NCBI GenBank assembly: GCA_934085585.1
Contig: CAKOHI010000006.1
Span: 520-64,519 of the forward strand
Length of the DNA stretch: 64,000 bases
DNA from: an uncultured Bacilli bacterium
GTDB taxonomy: Bacteria; Bacillota_I; Bacilli_A; RF39; UBA660
Direction of reading: 5' to 3'
The notes under the pieces were generated by a model that saw nothing but the letters and a program-made list of their open reading frames with translations, ran no database searches and was not told where the DNA came from. Numbering within the stretch: the first letter of the stretch is position 1; each line of letters opens with the position of its first letter. The translations under genes were made by a program, and so were the position numbers. Of the stretch, positions 10,098 to 18,366 are shown in pieces.

Positions 10098-10136
10098 ATT
10101 TTAAAGCATATTTTTTTTATTGCAAGCGATTCGACA
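10098..10136 (-). promoter_or_regulatory. Promoter-like element with a perfect Spo0A (0A) box, copy A
   Basis: Minus strand reads TGTCGAA (10136-10130), 4 nt, TTGCAA (10125-10120), a 16-nt spacer containing A8, then TAAAAT (10103-10098). No ORF follows directly; the miaB start is ~180 nt downstream. Confidence 0.5.
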
Positions 10137-10195
10137 AAACATATCAAAATGTTACAAAGAAAAATCACCAGTCTATACATTTATTTACATTTTTC
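10111..10195. repeat. Dispersed ~85-nt repeat, copy A (partner 31761-31845)
   Basis: Colinear alignment with copy B with a single 1-nt indel. Identical blocks ttcgacaaaaca (12 nt) and gttacaaaga (10 nt). Hand count gives roughly three quarters of positions identical. Confidence 0.75.
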
Positions 10196-10353
10196 ATAAA
10201 AAAAATGTACACATTTACACTTCAAAAAGTTAATTTTACATTTTTTTAAATCATTAAATTTCAAAATAAAAATCTATGTCTAAAATTAATGTGAATTTCA
10301 GACTATCTGATGAGTTCTTTATACAAAAAAAGTGACTATGAAAATCACCTTTT

Positions 10354-11646
10354 TTAATTTTTATTATTAGGTTTAATTGTTTTTAATCCTCCCATATAAG
10401 GTTGTAAAACTTTTGGAACATTTACACTTCCATCCTCTTGATAATGTTGTTCTAAAATTGCAATCAAGCTTCTAGGACTAGCAATAACAGTGTTATTCAA
10501 GGTATTTACAAACACATTACCTTTATCAGTTTTCATTCTAATACCTAATCTTCTTGCTTGAGCATCACCTAATAAAGAACATGATCCAACTTCAAAATAT
10601 TTTTTTTGTCTAGGACTCCATGCTTCGATATCACAAGATTTAACTTTTAAGTCAGCTAAATCTCCACTACAACATTCCAAAGTTCTAACAGAAATATCCA
10701 TACTTCTAAAGAAATCAACTGTACACTTCCACATTTTATTGTACCAATCCATTGCTTCTTCTTCCTTACACAAAACAATCATTTCTTGTTTTTCAAATTG
10801 ATGAACTCTATAAATTCCTCTTTCTTCAATTCCATGAGCACCAACTTCTTTTCTAAAGCAAGGTGAATATGAAGTCATCGTGATTGGTAATTTTGCTTCA
10901 TCAATCAGTTCTCCTTTAAATCTGCCAATCATTGAATGTTCACTAGTACCAATTAAATATAAATCTTCTCCTTCGATTTTGTACATCATTGCTTCCATTT
11001 CAGGAAAAGACATAACACCTGATACAACATCACTATGTATCATAAATGGCGGAATACAATAAGTAAATCCTTTACTAATCATAAAATCTCTAGCATAAGC
11101 AAGGGTTGCTTCATGAAGTCTTGCAATATCCCCAACTAAATAATAAAAACCATTACCACTAGTTTTACCAGAGCTTATTTTATCTAACCCATCAAAAGAT
11201 TCACAAATATCTGCATGATAAGGAATTTCATAATCAGGGACAAAAGGTTCCCCAAATTTTTCAATTTCCACATTTTCACTATCATCTTTTCCAATTGGCA
11301 CACTTTCATCAATTATATTTGGAATAACCATCATTCTATCTCTAATTTCTTTTTCTAAACGTTCTTCTTTTTCTTCTACTTCACCAATTTTTTCGTTTAT
11401 TTCACTTACTTCATTTTTAATTTTTTCTACTTCATCTAATTTTTTTTCACGCATCAAAATACCAATTGAAGAACTCAAACTATTTCTTTTTGCTCGAAGT
11501 TGATCAATCATTAATTTAAACTCACGATATGATTTATCATATTCATAAACTTCATCTACTAATCCTAATTTTTTATCTTGAAATTTCTTTTTAATATTTT
11601 CCTTTACTAATTCCCTATTTTCTCTTATTAATTTAATATCTATCAT
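10354..11646 (-). CDS. serS: Serine--tRNA ligase
   Basis: N-terminal coiled-coil tRNA-binding arm (MIDIKLIRENRELV...) and class II core motifs (FRKEVGAHG, GSCSLLGDAQARRL). The ATG at 11646 has a GGAGG RBS. Confidence 0.95.
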   Translation of the reverse strand: MIDIKLIRENRELVKENIKKKFQDKKLGLVDEVYEYDKSYREFKLMIDQLRAKRNSLSSSIGILMREKKLDEVEKIKNEVSEINEKIGEVEEKEERLEKEIRDRMMVIPNIIDESVPIGKDDSENVEIEKFGEPFVPDYEIPYHADICESFDGLDKISSGKTSGNGFYYLVGDIARLHEATLAYARDFMISKGFTYCIPPFMIHSDVVSGVMSFPEMEAMMYKIEGEDLYLIGTSEHSMIGRFKGELIDEAKLPITMTSYSPCFRKEVGAHGIEERGIYRVHQFEKQEMIVLCKEEEAMDWYNKMWKCTVDFFRSMDISVRTLECCSGDLADLKVKSCDIEAWSPRQKKYFEVGSCSLLGDAQARRLGIRMKTDKGNVFVNTLNNTVIASPRSLIAILEQHYQEDGSVNVPKVLQPYMGGLKTIKPNNKN

Positions 11647-11685
11647 ATAATCCTCCAAAAAATAAAAGGTGATACCCAAGGAGTC

Positions 11686-11855
11686 ATAGAAATGACGGTA
11701 CCATCCTTTATTTAACTTAATTTATATAACGGTTTAATCCGAGGTAACATACCCAACTCAAAAGATAGATTTCATTATTTCCGCTTTTCCTTTTCCACCA
11801 CCAAGGAATCTCTATATAGTTTTCATAATTACTTATTCTTTTTCTTCGTTTTTAC
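11686..11855 (-). promoter_or_regulatory. T-box riboswitch leader, Ser specifier UCU
   Basis: Minus strand, in order: AGAGA (GA motif), GGTGGAAA distal-loop motif, specifier loop GAAA-TCT-A (codon at 11770-11768), the conserved T-box AAAGGATGGTACCGTC (about 11694-11709), then the terminator arm GGGTATCACC plus a T-run just before the serS RBS. Confidence 0.85.
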
Positions 11856-11896
11856 AAATTTAATATAACACAATTCATTCTAAATTACTAGTCTTT

Positions 11897-12436
11897 TTAA
11901 TAATTTTCAGCTTTTAATTCAAAATAACTTTGTGGATGATTACATACTGGACATACAGCTGGAGCTTCTTTACCAATAACAATATGTCCGCAATTACGAC
12001 AAATCCAAACACATTCTCCATCTTTACTAAATACTAACTTATCATCAATATTTTTTAATAACTTACGATATCTTTCTTCATGTGCTTTTTCAATATCAGC
12101 AACACGTTCAAAAAGATTAGCAATTCTATCAAAACCTTCTTCACGTGCTACTTTAGCAAATTCAACATACATATCTGTCCATTCAAAGTTTTCTCCACTA
12201 GCAGCATCTAACAAATTTTCTTCAGTACTTGGAATATTTCCTCCGTGTAATTCTTTAAACCACATCTTCGCATGTTCTTTTTCATTATTTGCTGTTTCTT
12301 CAAATATTGCAGCAATTTGTTCATAACCATCCTTTTTAGCCTTCGAAGCATAATACGTATACTTATTTCTTGCTTGACTTTCCCCTGCAAAAGCAGCCAT
12401 TAAGTTTGCTTCTGTTTTACTTCCCTTTAATTCCAT
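11897..12436 (-). CDS. rbr: Rubrerythrin
   Basis: 179 aa. Diiron four-helix-bundle E...ExxH motifs ([16 protein letters not shown]) and a C-terminal rubredoxin-like CRNCG...CPVC. Confidence 0.9.
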   Translation of the reverse strand: MELKGSKTEANLMAAFAGESQARNKYTYYASKAKKDGYEQIAAIFEETANNEKEHAKMWFKELHGGNIPSTEENLLDAASGENFEWTDMYVEFAKVAREEGFDRIANLFERVADIEKAHEERYRKLLKNIDDKLVFSKDGECVWICRNCGHIVIGKEAPAVCPVCNHPQSYFELKAENY

Positions 12437-12803
12437 TTTTTACTTCCTCCTTCTGGCACTCTTCACAAATGCCTTTAAAAACAATTTCATAATCAGTTAC
12501 TATATTATTTTCTATATTTTTTATTTTAGGAAAATCCACATAAAATACATCTATTATTTTAGAACACTTTCTACATATAAAATGATAATGAGGAACAATT
12601 TTATCATAATGTTTAACACCATTAACTATTAAACTTATAATTTGTTTATCATTTTCCAAAACATTTAAATTCCTATATACAGTCCCCAAACTTATATTAG
12701 AAATGATACACCTTGCCTCATTATATATTTGATACGCATCTAAATGATTATTACTTTTATTTATAATATCTAAAATAACATTCTTTTGTTTAGTATTTTT
12801 CAC
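12417..12803 (-). CDS. perR: Fur-family regulator, probably peroxide-responsive (PerR-like)
   Basis: 128 aa. Winged-helix segment [11 protein letters not shown], then HHFICRKC...CEEC structural Zn motifs. Overlaps and precedes rbr by 20 nt. Confidence 0.7.
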   Translation of the reverse strand: MKNTKQKNVILDIINKSNNHLDAYQIYNEARCIISNISLGTVYRNLNVLENDKQIISLIVNGVKHYDKIVPHYHFICRKCSKIIDVFYVDFPKIKNIENNIVTDYEIVFKGICEECQKEEVKNGIKGK

Positions 12804-12814
12804 TTACACCTCCT

Positions 12815-12835
12815 AAATAGTAATGATTACTATTT
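12815..12835. promoter_or_regulatory. Perfect 10-1-10 palindrome, candidate PerR/Fur box
   Basis: AAATAGTAAT-G-ATTACTATTT. It lies between the perR promoter -10 and the perR RBS, in the AT-rich TAAT/ATTA style of Fur-family boxes. Confidence 0.65.
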
Positions 12836-12836
12836 A

Positions 12837-12865
12837 AATATATCACAATTTACAAGAAAATTCAA
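12837..12865 (-). promoter_or_regulatory. perR-rbr promoter
   Basis: Minus strand reads TTGAAT (12865-12860), 17-nt spacer, TGaTATATT extended -10 (12845-12837). The palindrome starts 2 nt downstream. Confidence 0.6.
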
Positions 12866-12915
12866 TCATAAAAAAATATAAATATCCATATATTTAAATG
12901 AAAGGAATGGTAATA

Positions 12916-13176
12916 ATGGAAATTCTAAAGGTTTCATCAAAATCTAACCCTAGTAAAGTAGCTGGAGCTATAGCTAATATTTACAGAGAAAAAAAAGAAG
13001 TTGAAATTCAAACTGTCGGAGCAGGATCTCTAAATCAAGCCATCAAAGCTATTGCCATATGTCGAGGTTTTGTAGCACCTACCGGAGATAATCTAGTTGT
13101 AATACCAGCATTTAATGACATAATAATAAATGGCGAACAAAAAACAGCCATCAAACTTATTATCACAAACAAATAA
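12916..13176 (+). CDS. spoVS: Stage V sporulation protein S
   Basis: MEILKVSSKSNPSKVAGAIA...EIQTVGAGSLNQAIKAIAICRGFVAPTG...IPAF...TAIKLII is colinear with my memory of Bacillus subtilis SpoVS over its whole 86-aa length. Confidence 0.9.
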   Translation: MEILKVSSKSNPSKVAGAIANIYREKKEVEIQTVGAGSLNQAIKAIAICRGFVAPTGDNLVVIPAFNDIIINGEQKTAIKLIITNK

Positions 13177-13200
13177 CGGATCAATTTATCCGTTATTTTA
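13172..13200. terminator. Terminator after spoVS (shared with the convergent membrane gene)
   Basis: 10-bp perfect stem aataacggat/atccgttatt, 6-nt loop, T-run on +. Confidence 0.8.
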
Positions 13201-13717
13201 TTTTCAAAGATATAATTAAAGGATCAAATAATTCAAGTATACCATGAATTAAGAAAAAATATCCTAGTACTAATACCTGTATATCATTTTCATAATATAA
13301 ATTCATTGTAGTTAAAAGCCCAGCTAATATAAACAACACTAAACTAATAACTTCAATAATCCACATTTTATTCTTTCTATCATTATAATAGTCCCCTTTT
13401 TTTAGTTTAATAAGAGATAAAAGAATAATCCAAATTAGCAAACATAAAGCTAAATACCAAGGGACTTCACTTATATTTAATTTTAATGCTACAATAAATA
13501 CAATGATAGATGCTATACTTGTAAACAAACCTTCATAATCCTTACTTTTATAAGTTAATAAAAATTTAATCAAGTTTAATACCGCATAAACTCCTAATAC
13601 TCCTAAAAATATACCTTTTACTTTTACAAAATGAAATAATGGAAACAATAATAAAACACTTCCACATATTATTAAAAACACAGATGCAATTAAATCAACA
13701 ATTTGTTTCTTTTTCAT
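13193..13717 (-). CDS. Integral membrane protein (5-6 TM), family uncertain
   Basis: 174 aa, almost entirely hydrophobic helices. No catalytic motif recognised. Confidence 0.5.
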   Translation of the reverse strand: MKKKQIVDLIASVFLIICGSVLLLFPLFHFVKVKGIFLGVLGVYAVLNLIKFLLTYKSKDYEGLFTSIASIIVFIVALKLNISEVPWYLALCLLIWIILLSLIKLKKGDYYNDRKNKMWIIEVISLVLFILAGLLTTMNLYYENDIQVLVLGYFFLIHGILELFDPLIISLKIK

Positions 13718-13760
13718 AAATCCTCCACCTACATTGTATCACAAACAGCTAACAAATGCA

Positions 13761-15074
13761 TTATAAATTTCTCTTTATCAATTGATTTAACTCAACAGCA
13801 TATTCCATTGGAAGTTCACTTTTAAATTCATCAATAAAACCTAAAACAATTAACTCGGTTGCTCTTTCTTCTGGAATACCTCTACTCATTAAATAAAATA
13901 ATACATCATCACTAATTTTTGATACTGTTGCTTCATGTTCAATATTACTCGTTATATTTCCAACTATATTCGTAGGTATAGTATCAGACATAGATTTATC
14001 ATCTAAAATTAAACTATCACATTTTACCATAGCATCACTATTTAAAGCATTTTTCTTTATTTCAACCTTACCACGATATGTAGCATTTCCACCATTTCCT
14101 GCAATACTTTTAGAAATTATATTACTTTTAGTATTCTTTCCAATATGAATCATTCTAGCCCCACTATCTTGATCTTGACCACTTTTGGCAACACTAATTG
14201 TAATACATGTTCCTTTAGAATTATCACCTTTTAAAACACAACATGGATATTTCATAGTTACTTTAGAACCAATATTTCCATCAATCCATTCCATAACTCC
14301 AGATTCATCAACCAAAGCTCTTTTTGTAACCAAATTATACACATTCGTTGCCCAATTTTGAACCGTAGAATACCTACATTTAGAATTTTTACCAACATAA
14401 ATTTCCACAATTGCTGCATGCAAACTTGATTCACTATATGATGGTGCAGTACACCCTTCCACATAATGTAAACTAGAATTATCATCCACAATAATTAATG
14501 TTCTTTCAAATTGCCCCATATTTTTGCTGTTTATTCTAAAATAACTTTGTAAAGGTCTATCAAGAACAGTATTTTTAGGAACATAAATAAATGAACCTCC
14601 ACTAAACACCGCCGCATTTAAAGCAGCAAATTTATTTTCGGTAAAAGCTACAATCTTACCAAAATATTTTTTTACTAAATCTGGATATCTTTTTATAGCA
14701 TCTTCAATTGATGTAAATATTACATTTTTCTTTTCCAACTCTTCAATCATATTATGATATATTACTTCACTTTCATATTGAACACCCATACCGCCAAAAT
14801 GCTTTTCACTTTCTAAAACACCCACACTATCAAGCTCATCCACAACAGGTTTTAAAATATTATTCCAATTATTTTCTAATCTTTTATCTGCTTCATTATT
14901 TTTATAATAAATAACCTCATCAAAATTAAGATTAATTTCTGGCCCAAATTCAGGCATACTTTGTTCTATAAAAGAATTATAACCCTTTAATCTATAATCT
15001 AAAACCCAATCATCTTCATTTTTTATTTCAGATATTTTTCTTACTTTTTCTTCACTTAATCCAACAATTTCCAT
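13761..15074 (-). CDS. sufB: Fe-S cluster assembly scaffold SufB
   Basis: 437 aa. UPF0051 beta-helix core and C-terminal FYLMSRGIPEERATELIVLGF motif typical of SufB. Confidence 0.9.
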   Translation of the reverse strand: MEIVGLSEEKVRKISEIKNEDDWVLDYRLKGYNSFIEQSMPEFGPEINLNFDEVIYYKNNEADKRLENNWNNILKPVVDELDSVGVLESEKHFGGMGVQYESEVIYHNMIEELEKKNVIFTSIEDAIKRYPDLVKKYFGKIVAFTENKFAALNAAVFSGGSFIYVPKNTVLDRPLQSYFRINSKNMGQFERTLIIVDDNSSLHYVEGCTAPSYSESSLHAAIVEIYVGKNSKCRYSTVQNWATNVYNLVTKRALVDESGVMEWIDGNIGSKVTMKYPCCVLKGDNSKGTCITISVAKSGQDQDSGARMIHIGKNTKSNIISKSIAGNGGNATYRGKVEIKKNALNSDAMVKCDSLILDDKSMSDTIPTNIVGNITSNIEHEATVSKISDDVLFYLMSRGIPEERATELIVLGFIDEFKSELPMEYAVELNQLIKRNL

Positions 15075-15075
15075 C

Positions 15076-15501
15076 TTATTTATCTACTCCATCAAGTATT
15101 TTAACAGCACTCTTGCTTGATAAAAGTGCACAATTTTTTCTAGCTGGTTGCATATATATTTCATCAAAAACATTAAGTTCACCAAGAATTTCAGGATTAT
15201 AATCTTCTTCATTAATCATATTTTGATAGTTTTTCATTATTTCTTTAGCCTCATTAACACTTTTACCAATCAAACTTTTAACAATAATACTTGTACTACT
15301 GGTACATATTGCACATGCTTCCCCATCAAAACAAGCATCTACTACTATACCATCTTCTATTTTCATCATTAAATCAATATTATCTATACATGAATTACTT
15401 CTAGTGTTTTCTTTTATATAAGAGTCATCTTTTTTTAATCCTTTATTCGTAGGATGTTGATAATTATCAAGTATAATTTCTCTTTTAGTTTCTTTATCCA
15501 T
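15076..15501 (-). CDS. sufU: SufU/IscU-type sulfur acceptor
   Basis: 141 aa. YQHPTNKG, NSCIDNI, GEACAICTSS and PARKNCALL supply the conserved Cys ligands of SufU. Confidence 0.85.
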   Translation of the reverse strand: MDKETKREIILDNYQHPTNKGLKKDDSYIKENTRSNSCIDNIDLMMKIEDGIVVDACFDGEACAICTSSTSIIVKSLIGKSVNEAKEIMKNYQNMINEEDYNPEILGELNVFDEIYMQPARKNCALLSSKSAVKILDGVDK

Positions 15502-16075
15502 TTTGTACCTCCATTAGTTTATCAATAAATTCTTTAACTATAACTTCTTTTTTATTACCATTTCCAATAAGAAAACCTTCCATAAGAATTCTTGTTGCAT
15601 CTTTACTATTTATTCCACGACTTTCTAAATAAAACATTTTTTCTTTACTAAATTCTCCGATATAAGCTGCATGATTTGAAAAAGTATCATAATTTCTAAT
15701 AAGTAAATTAGGTTTAATCACACTTATTCCATCTTTTAAATTAATTATTTGATTATCTTCTTTACATACACATTTACACTTATCTTTAGGTATTAACCCT
15801 GTAATATTGAATTCTAACTTTTTATCCCTTGTATTAACGCCATGACATATAATTTCACTCTCTGTGTTACTTGACGAATGATTAACATTTATTTTACACA
15901 TATTATCATCATTACTTATAATACTTAAATGATATATTACTTTAGCATTGACCCCTTCTAAATTGATTTTTACATCAACATTTTTATCAACAACATAATG
16001 AAATATTTCAAGATTTTCATTTTCTTTTATATTAAAAATATTACTATCATTATTTATATATATAACCTTATTCAT
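15494..16075 (-). CDS. sufD: Short SufD-like protein (C-terminal half only)
   Basis: 193 aa versus the >400 aa I expect for SufD. It retains the SufB/D family end motif HAAYIGEFSKEKMFYLESRGINSKDATRILMEGF. Confidence 0.7.
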   Translation of the reverse strand: MNKVIYINNDSNIFNIKENENLEIFHYVVDKNVDVKINLEGVNAKVIYHLSIISNDDNMCKINVNHSSSNTESEIICHGVNTRDKKLEFNITGLIPKDKCKCVCKEDNQIINLKDGISVIKPNLLIRNYDTFSNHAAYIGEFSKEKMFYLESRGINSKDATRILMEGFLIGNGNKKEVIVKEFIDKLMEVQNG

Positions 16076-16799
16076 TATAACCTACTTGTTCTGTTTCTAA
16101 AGCTAAAGACATATCACCAGTTTTAACAATTTTTCCATTTTTCATTATATGTACATAATCAGGCTTAATAGTTTCAAGTATTCTTGGATAATGAGTAATA
16201 ATTAGAATAGATGTATTTGGAAATGTATTTTTATATTCATTAATATTTTCACAAACTATTTTTAAAGAATCAACATCTAATCCAGAATCAATTTCATCCA
16301 AAATAATAAGTTTTGGCTTTAACATTTTTATTTGTAATACTTCATTTTTCTTTTTTTCACCACCAGAAAAACCTGCATTTACATCTCTATGAATCATATC
16401 ACGAGAAAACTTTAAATCATCTAAAGACTTGTTTACTTCACTTATAAATTTAAAGTAATCAATATGACTTCCCGTTTGTTCTTCGTAAGCATTTTTTAAA
16501 AATTCACTATTTGTTACACCATCAACTACGGTTGGATCTTGCATTGCCAGAAATATTCCAGCTTTAGCTCGTTCATCCACACTTAATTCATTTAATCTTA
16601 CATCGTTAAATATGATATCTCCACCATCAACTTTAAAAAGGTAATGTCCCATTATTGCTTTAGAAAGTGTAGATTTCCCTGTTCCATTCGGCCCCATTAT
16701 TGCATGTATTTCTCCATCTTTAATATCTAAAGATAATCCATCTAAAATCTTTTTATCTTCATTTTTTAAACTAACAACTAAATTTTTTATACTTAACAT
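16068..16799 (-). CDS. sufC: Fe-S assembly ATPase SufC
   Basis: Walker A GPNGTGKST, ABC signature FSGGEKKK, Walker B LIILDEIDSGLD. The ATG at 16799 has an AAGGTGG RBS inside the end of the upstream gene. Confidence 0.95.
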   Translation of the reverse strand: MLSIKNLVVSLKNEDKKILDGLSLDIKDGEIHAIMGPNGTGKSTLSKAIMGHYLFKVDGGDIIFNDVRLNELSVDERAKAGIFLAMQDPTVVDGVTNSEFLKNAYEEQTGSHIDYFKFISEVNKSLDDLKFSRDMIHRDVNAGFSGGEKKKNEVLQIKMLKPKLIILDEIDSGLDVDSLKIVCENINEYKNTFPNTSILIITHYPRILETIKPDYVHIMKNGKIVKTGDMSLALETEQVGYNE

Positions 16800-16809
16800 A
16801 TTTACCACC

Positions 16810-17112
16810 TTACTTATTTATTTTTTCAACCAATGTTATTACTTCATCAATTATTTCCAAATTATCATTTTTTATATTATCAACCATACAACTTTTCATG
16901 TGACTTGTTAATATATTATTACCTAAACTTTTTAAAGAGTGCATTGATGCCGATAATTGCATAATTACTTCGCTACAATATCTATCATCTTCCACCATTT
17001 GCTTGATACCTCGAATCTGTCCTTCGATAACATTTAATCTTTTTATAATATTTTTCTTTTCTTCACAACTTCTATGTTTATTCTTCTGACACATTTTACA
17101 TACTTCGTGCAT
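16810..17112 (-). CDS. CsoR/RcnR (DUF156) family metal- or persulfide-sensing repressor with Cys-rich N-terminal extension
   Basis: Core KRLNVIEGQIRGIKQMVEDDRYCSEV...TSHMKSC gives the x-C-H-C ligand pattern of CsoR-type sensors. The N-terminus MHEVCKMCQKNKHRSC is extra. The ATG at 17112 has a GGTGG RBS. The stop lies 10 nt before the sufC ATG. Confidence 0.8.
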   Translation of the reverse strand: MHEVCKMCQKNKHRSCEEKKNIIKRLNVIEGQIRGIKQMVEDDRYCSEVIMQLSASMHSLKSLGNNILTSHMKSCMVDNIKNDNLEIIDEVITLVEKINK

Positions 17113-17130
17113 AATTTTCCACCCAAAAGA

Positions 17131-17159
17131 ATTATACACCCTAGGGGGGTATAATGTAA
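17131..17159 (-). promoter_or_regulatory. Promoter with embedded CsoR-type G/C-tract operator
   Basis: Minus strand reads TTACAT (17159-17154), 17-nt spacer TATACCCCCCTAGGGTG, then TATAAT (17136-17131). The near-palindrome TATAC(A)CCC-TA-GGGGGGTATA (17133-17153) fills the spacer. Confidence 0.7.
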
Positions 17160-17172
17160 AGATTTTTATATC

Positions 17173-17196
17173 AAAAAAAGTTCGTAAAAACGAACC
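17173..17196 (-). terminator. Terminator of the 106-aa gene
   Basis: Stem gttcgt/acgaac with a 4-nt loop, followed on the minus strand by T7. Confidence 0.7.
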
Positions 17197-17202
17197 ATTA
17201 GT

Positions 17203-17523
17203 TTATCTTGAAGGTCCATTAATTCTTCGATTTTCATATTTTAAATATTCAGCATTACTTACAATAGTTCTAACTACTCTATCTCTACTCCAAACACTAT
17301 GTGCATTTTTATAAACAGGTCCAACAACATACATTCTTACAAATGGCACCTCAAGTTCCCTCAAAGTAATTTCAATTGCTTGTTGAATATTTTCACTATC
17401 TTCATATTTAACATAAAAATCAAATCCCAAATATTCATGTTGTCCATGTCTAACATCATTAAGATCATTTTTTACACAATCAACACATATTTGTGAACAA
17501 GTAACTCTTTTTCCATTTTTCAT
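17203..17523 (-). CDS. Hypothetical protein with N-terminal Cys cluster
   Basis: 106 aa. CSQICVDC near the N-terminus. Has its own RBS (AAGGAGG) and terminator. No family recognised. Confidence 0.5.
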   Translation of the reverse strand: MKNGKRVTCSQICVDCVKNDLNDVRHGQHEYLGFDFYVKYEDSENIQQAIEITLRELEVPFVRMYVVGPVYKNAHSVWSRDRVVRTIVSNAEYLKYENRRINGPSR

Positions 17524-17595
17524 ACCAAAATCCTCCTTGTGCTATATAATATCAAACAAACAAATATAATACAAGTTCAAACTATTATTTTTATC

Positions 17596-17624
17596 TTGCA
17601 CAACACAACATATTTTTGTATAAT
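17596..17624 (+). promoter_or_regulatory. Promoter of the solitary tRNA-Thr(GGU)
   Basis: TTGCAC (17596-17601), 17-nt spacer, TATAAT (17619-17624), 8 nt before the tRNA 5' end. Confidence 0.65.
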
Positions 17625-17632
17625 TAATTTAA

Positions 17633-17706
17633 GCCGCTATAGTATAATGGTATTACAAATCCATGGTAAGGATTAAATCAGTGTTCAATTCACTGTTGCG
17701 GCACCA
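17633..17706 (+). tRNA. tRNA-Thr (GGU)
   Basis: 74 nt. Anticodon arm aatcc-auGGUaa-ggatt, T-arm cagtg-ttcaatt-cactg, CCA encoded. Hand folding shows a T-T mismatch in the acceptor stem (6:67) and a weak D-stem. Confidence 0.75.
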
Positions 17707-17713
17707 GATTAAT
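17696..17713 (+). repeat. Direct repeat 1 (tRNA-Thr 3' end), att-like
   Basis: ttgcggcaccagattaat compared with ttggagcaccagattgat at 18367-18384: 15/18 identical, including a perfect GC-containing 10-mer gcaccagatt. Confidence 0.7.
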
Positions 17714-17716
17714 ACT

Positions 17717-17756
17717 AAACTCGAACTTTTTCATTTTTTTAACTAGTTCGAGTTTA
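17717..17756. repeat. 10-bp inverted repeat just after the tRNA
   Basis: aaactcgaac (17717-17726) and gttcgagttt (17747-17756) around a 20-nt T-rich loop. No canonical T-run follows, so it is not a clear terminator. Confidence 0.5.
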
Positions 17757-17873
17757 AAATACATTTAAAATTTGAGAAAATATTTACATAGATTAAATTT
17801 GCATAGTTAATTTAGAAATACACTTGTAAAATGTCATAACAATCTGCAAATTAATAATAAGGGAGATGATTAA

Positions 17874-18344
17874 ATGGCTGATATTAAGTACATAGAATAA
17901 GACTACCAATTCTTATATCGTACATCAGCTGTTATTTTTAATAGTGACAGGACAAAGGTGTTGTTATTTAACGTTGAAGGAAGAAGTCTATATATGCTTC
18001 CTGGTGGAAAGGTAAATCAAAAAGAAGAAAGTATTGATGCGATAAAAAGAGAAATAAAAGAAGAATTAGGATATGAGAATATAGAATTTTCATTTCTTGC
18101 TATAAGTGAAGAATTTGTTACAGATAAAGGTTTTTATAATCAGCAAATAAATTTAGTGTATCAAGGTATGTTAAATGAACCAATTGAAAAATTTAAATTT
18201 AAAGGTTTAGAAGGAGATTGGATTAATTTTGAATGGATTGACATTTCTAATATAGATAATTATGAAATTTATCCAAATGGAATAAAGGAAGCAATAAAAA
18301 ATACAAATAAAATATATCATTATATTGAAAATTTAACCAAATAA
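17874..18344 (+). pseudogene. NUDIX hydrolase gene interrupted by an in-frame TAA at codon 9
   Basis: The ATG at 17874 has a GGGAG RBS. The reading frame MADIKYIE-TAA(17898-17900)-DYQFLYRTSAVIFNSDRTKVLLFNVEG... continues in the same frame into the ORF-track ORF (GTG 17958). The Nudix box GGKVNQKEESIDAIKREIKEELG is intact. Confidence 0.6.
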
Positions 18345-18366
18345 AATAGTTTTTTTACTTCTTCCC

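Noticed and set aside
9944-10180. 78-aa ORF (and the 68-aa ORF 31642-31848) that share a peptide-like block ILCN(I/L)L(I/T)CFVE
   Set aside because: The similarity comes from the shared ~85-nt DNA repeat. The conserved blocks coincide with the Spo0A box and -35 rather than showing codon-aware conservation. The second ORF would run through the RBS and start of the Rpn-family gene. Neither ORF has an RBS.
12417-12436. 20-nt overlap between perR and rbr as a sign of a frameshift or mis-call
   Set aside because: Both frames are complete. The Fur-family protein ends after its second CxxC motif, and rbr starts with a normal N-terminus. Overlap of co-transcribed genes is plausible.
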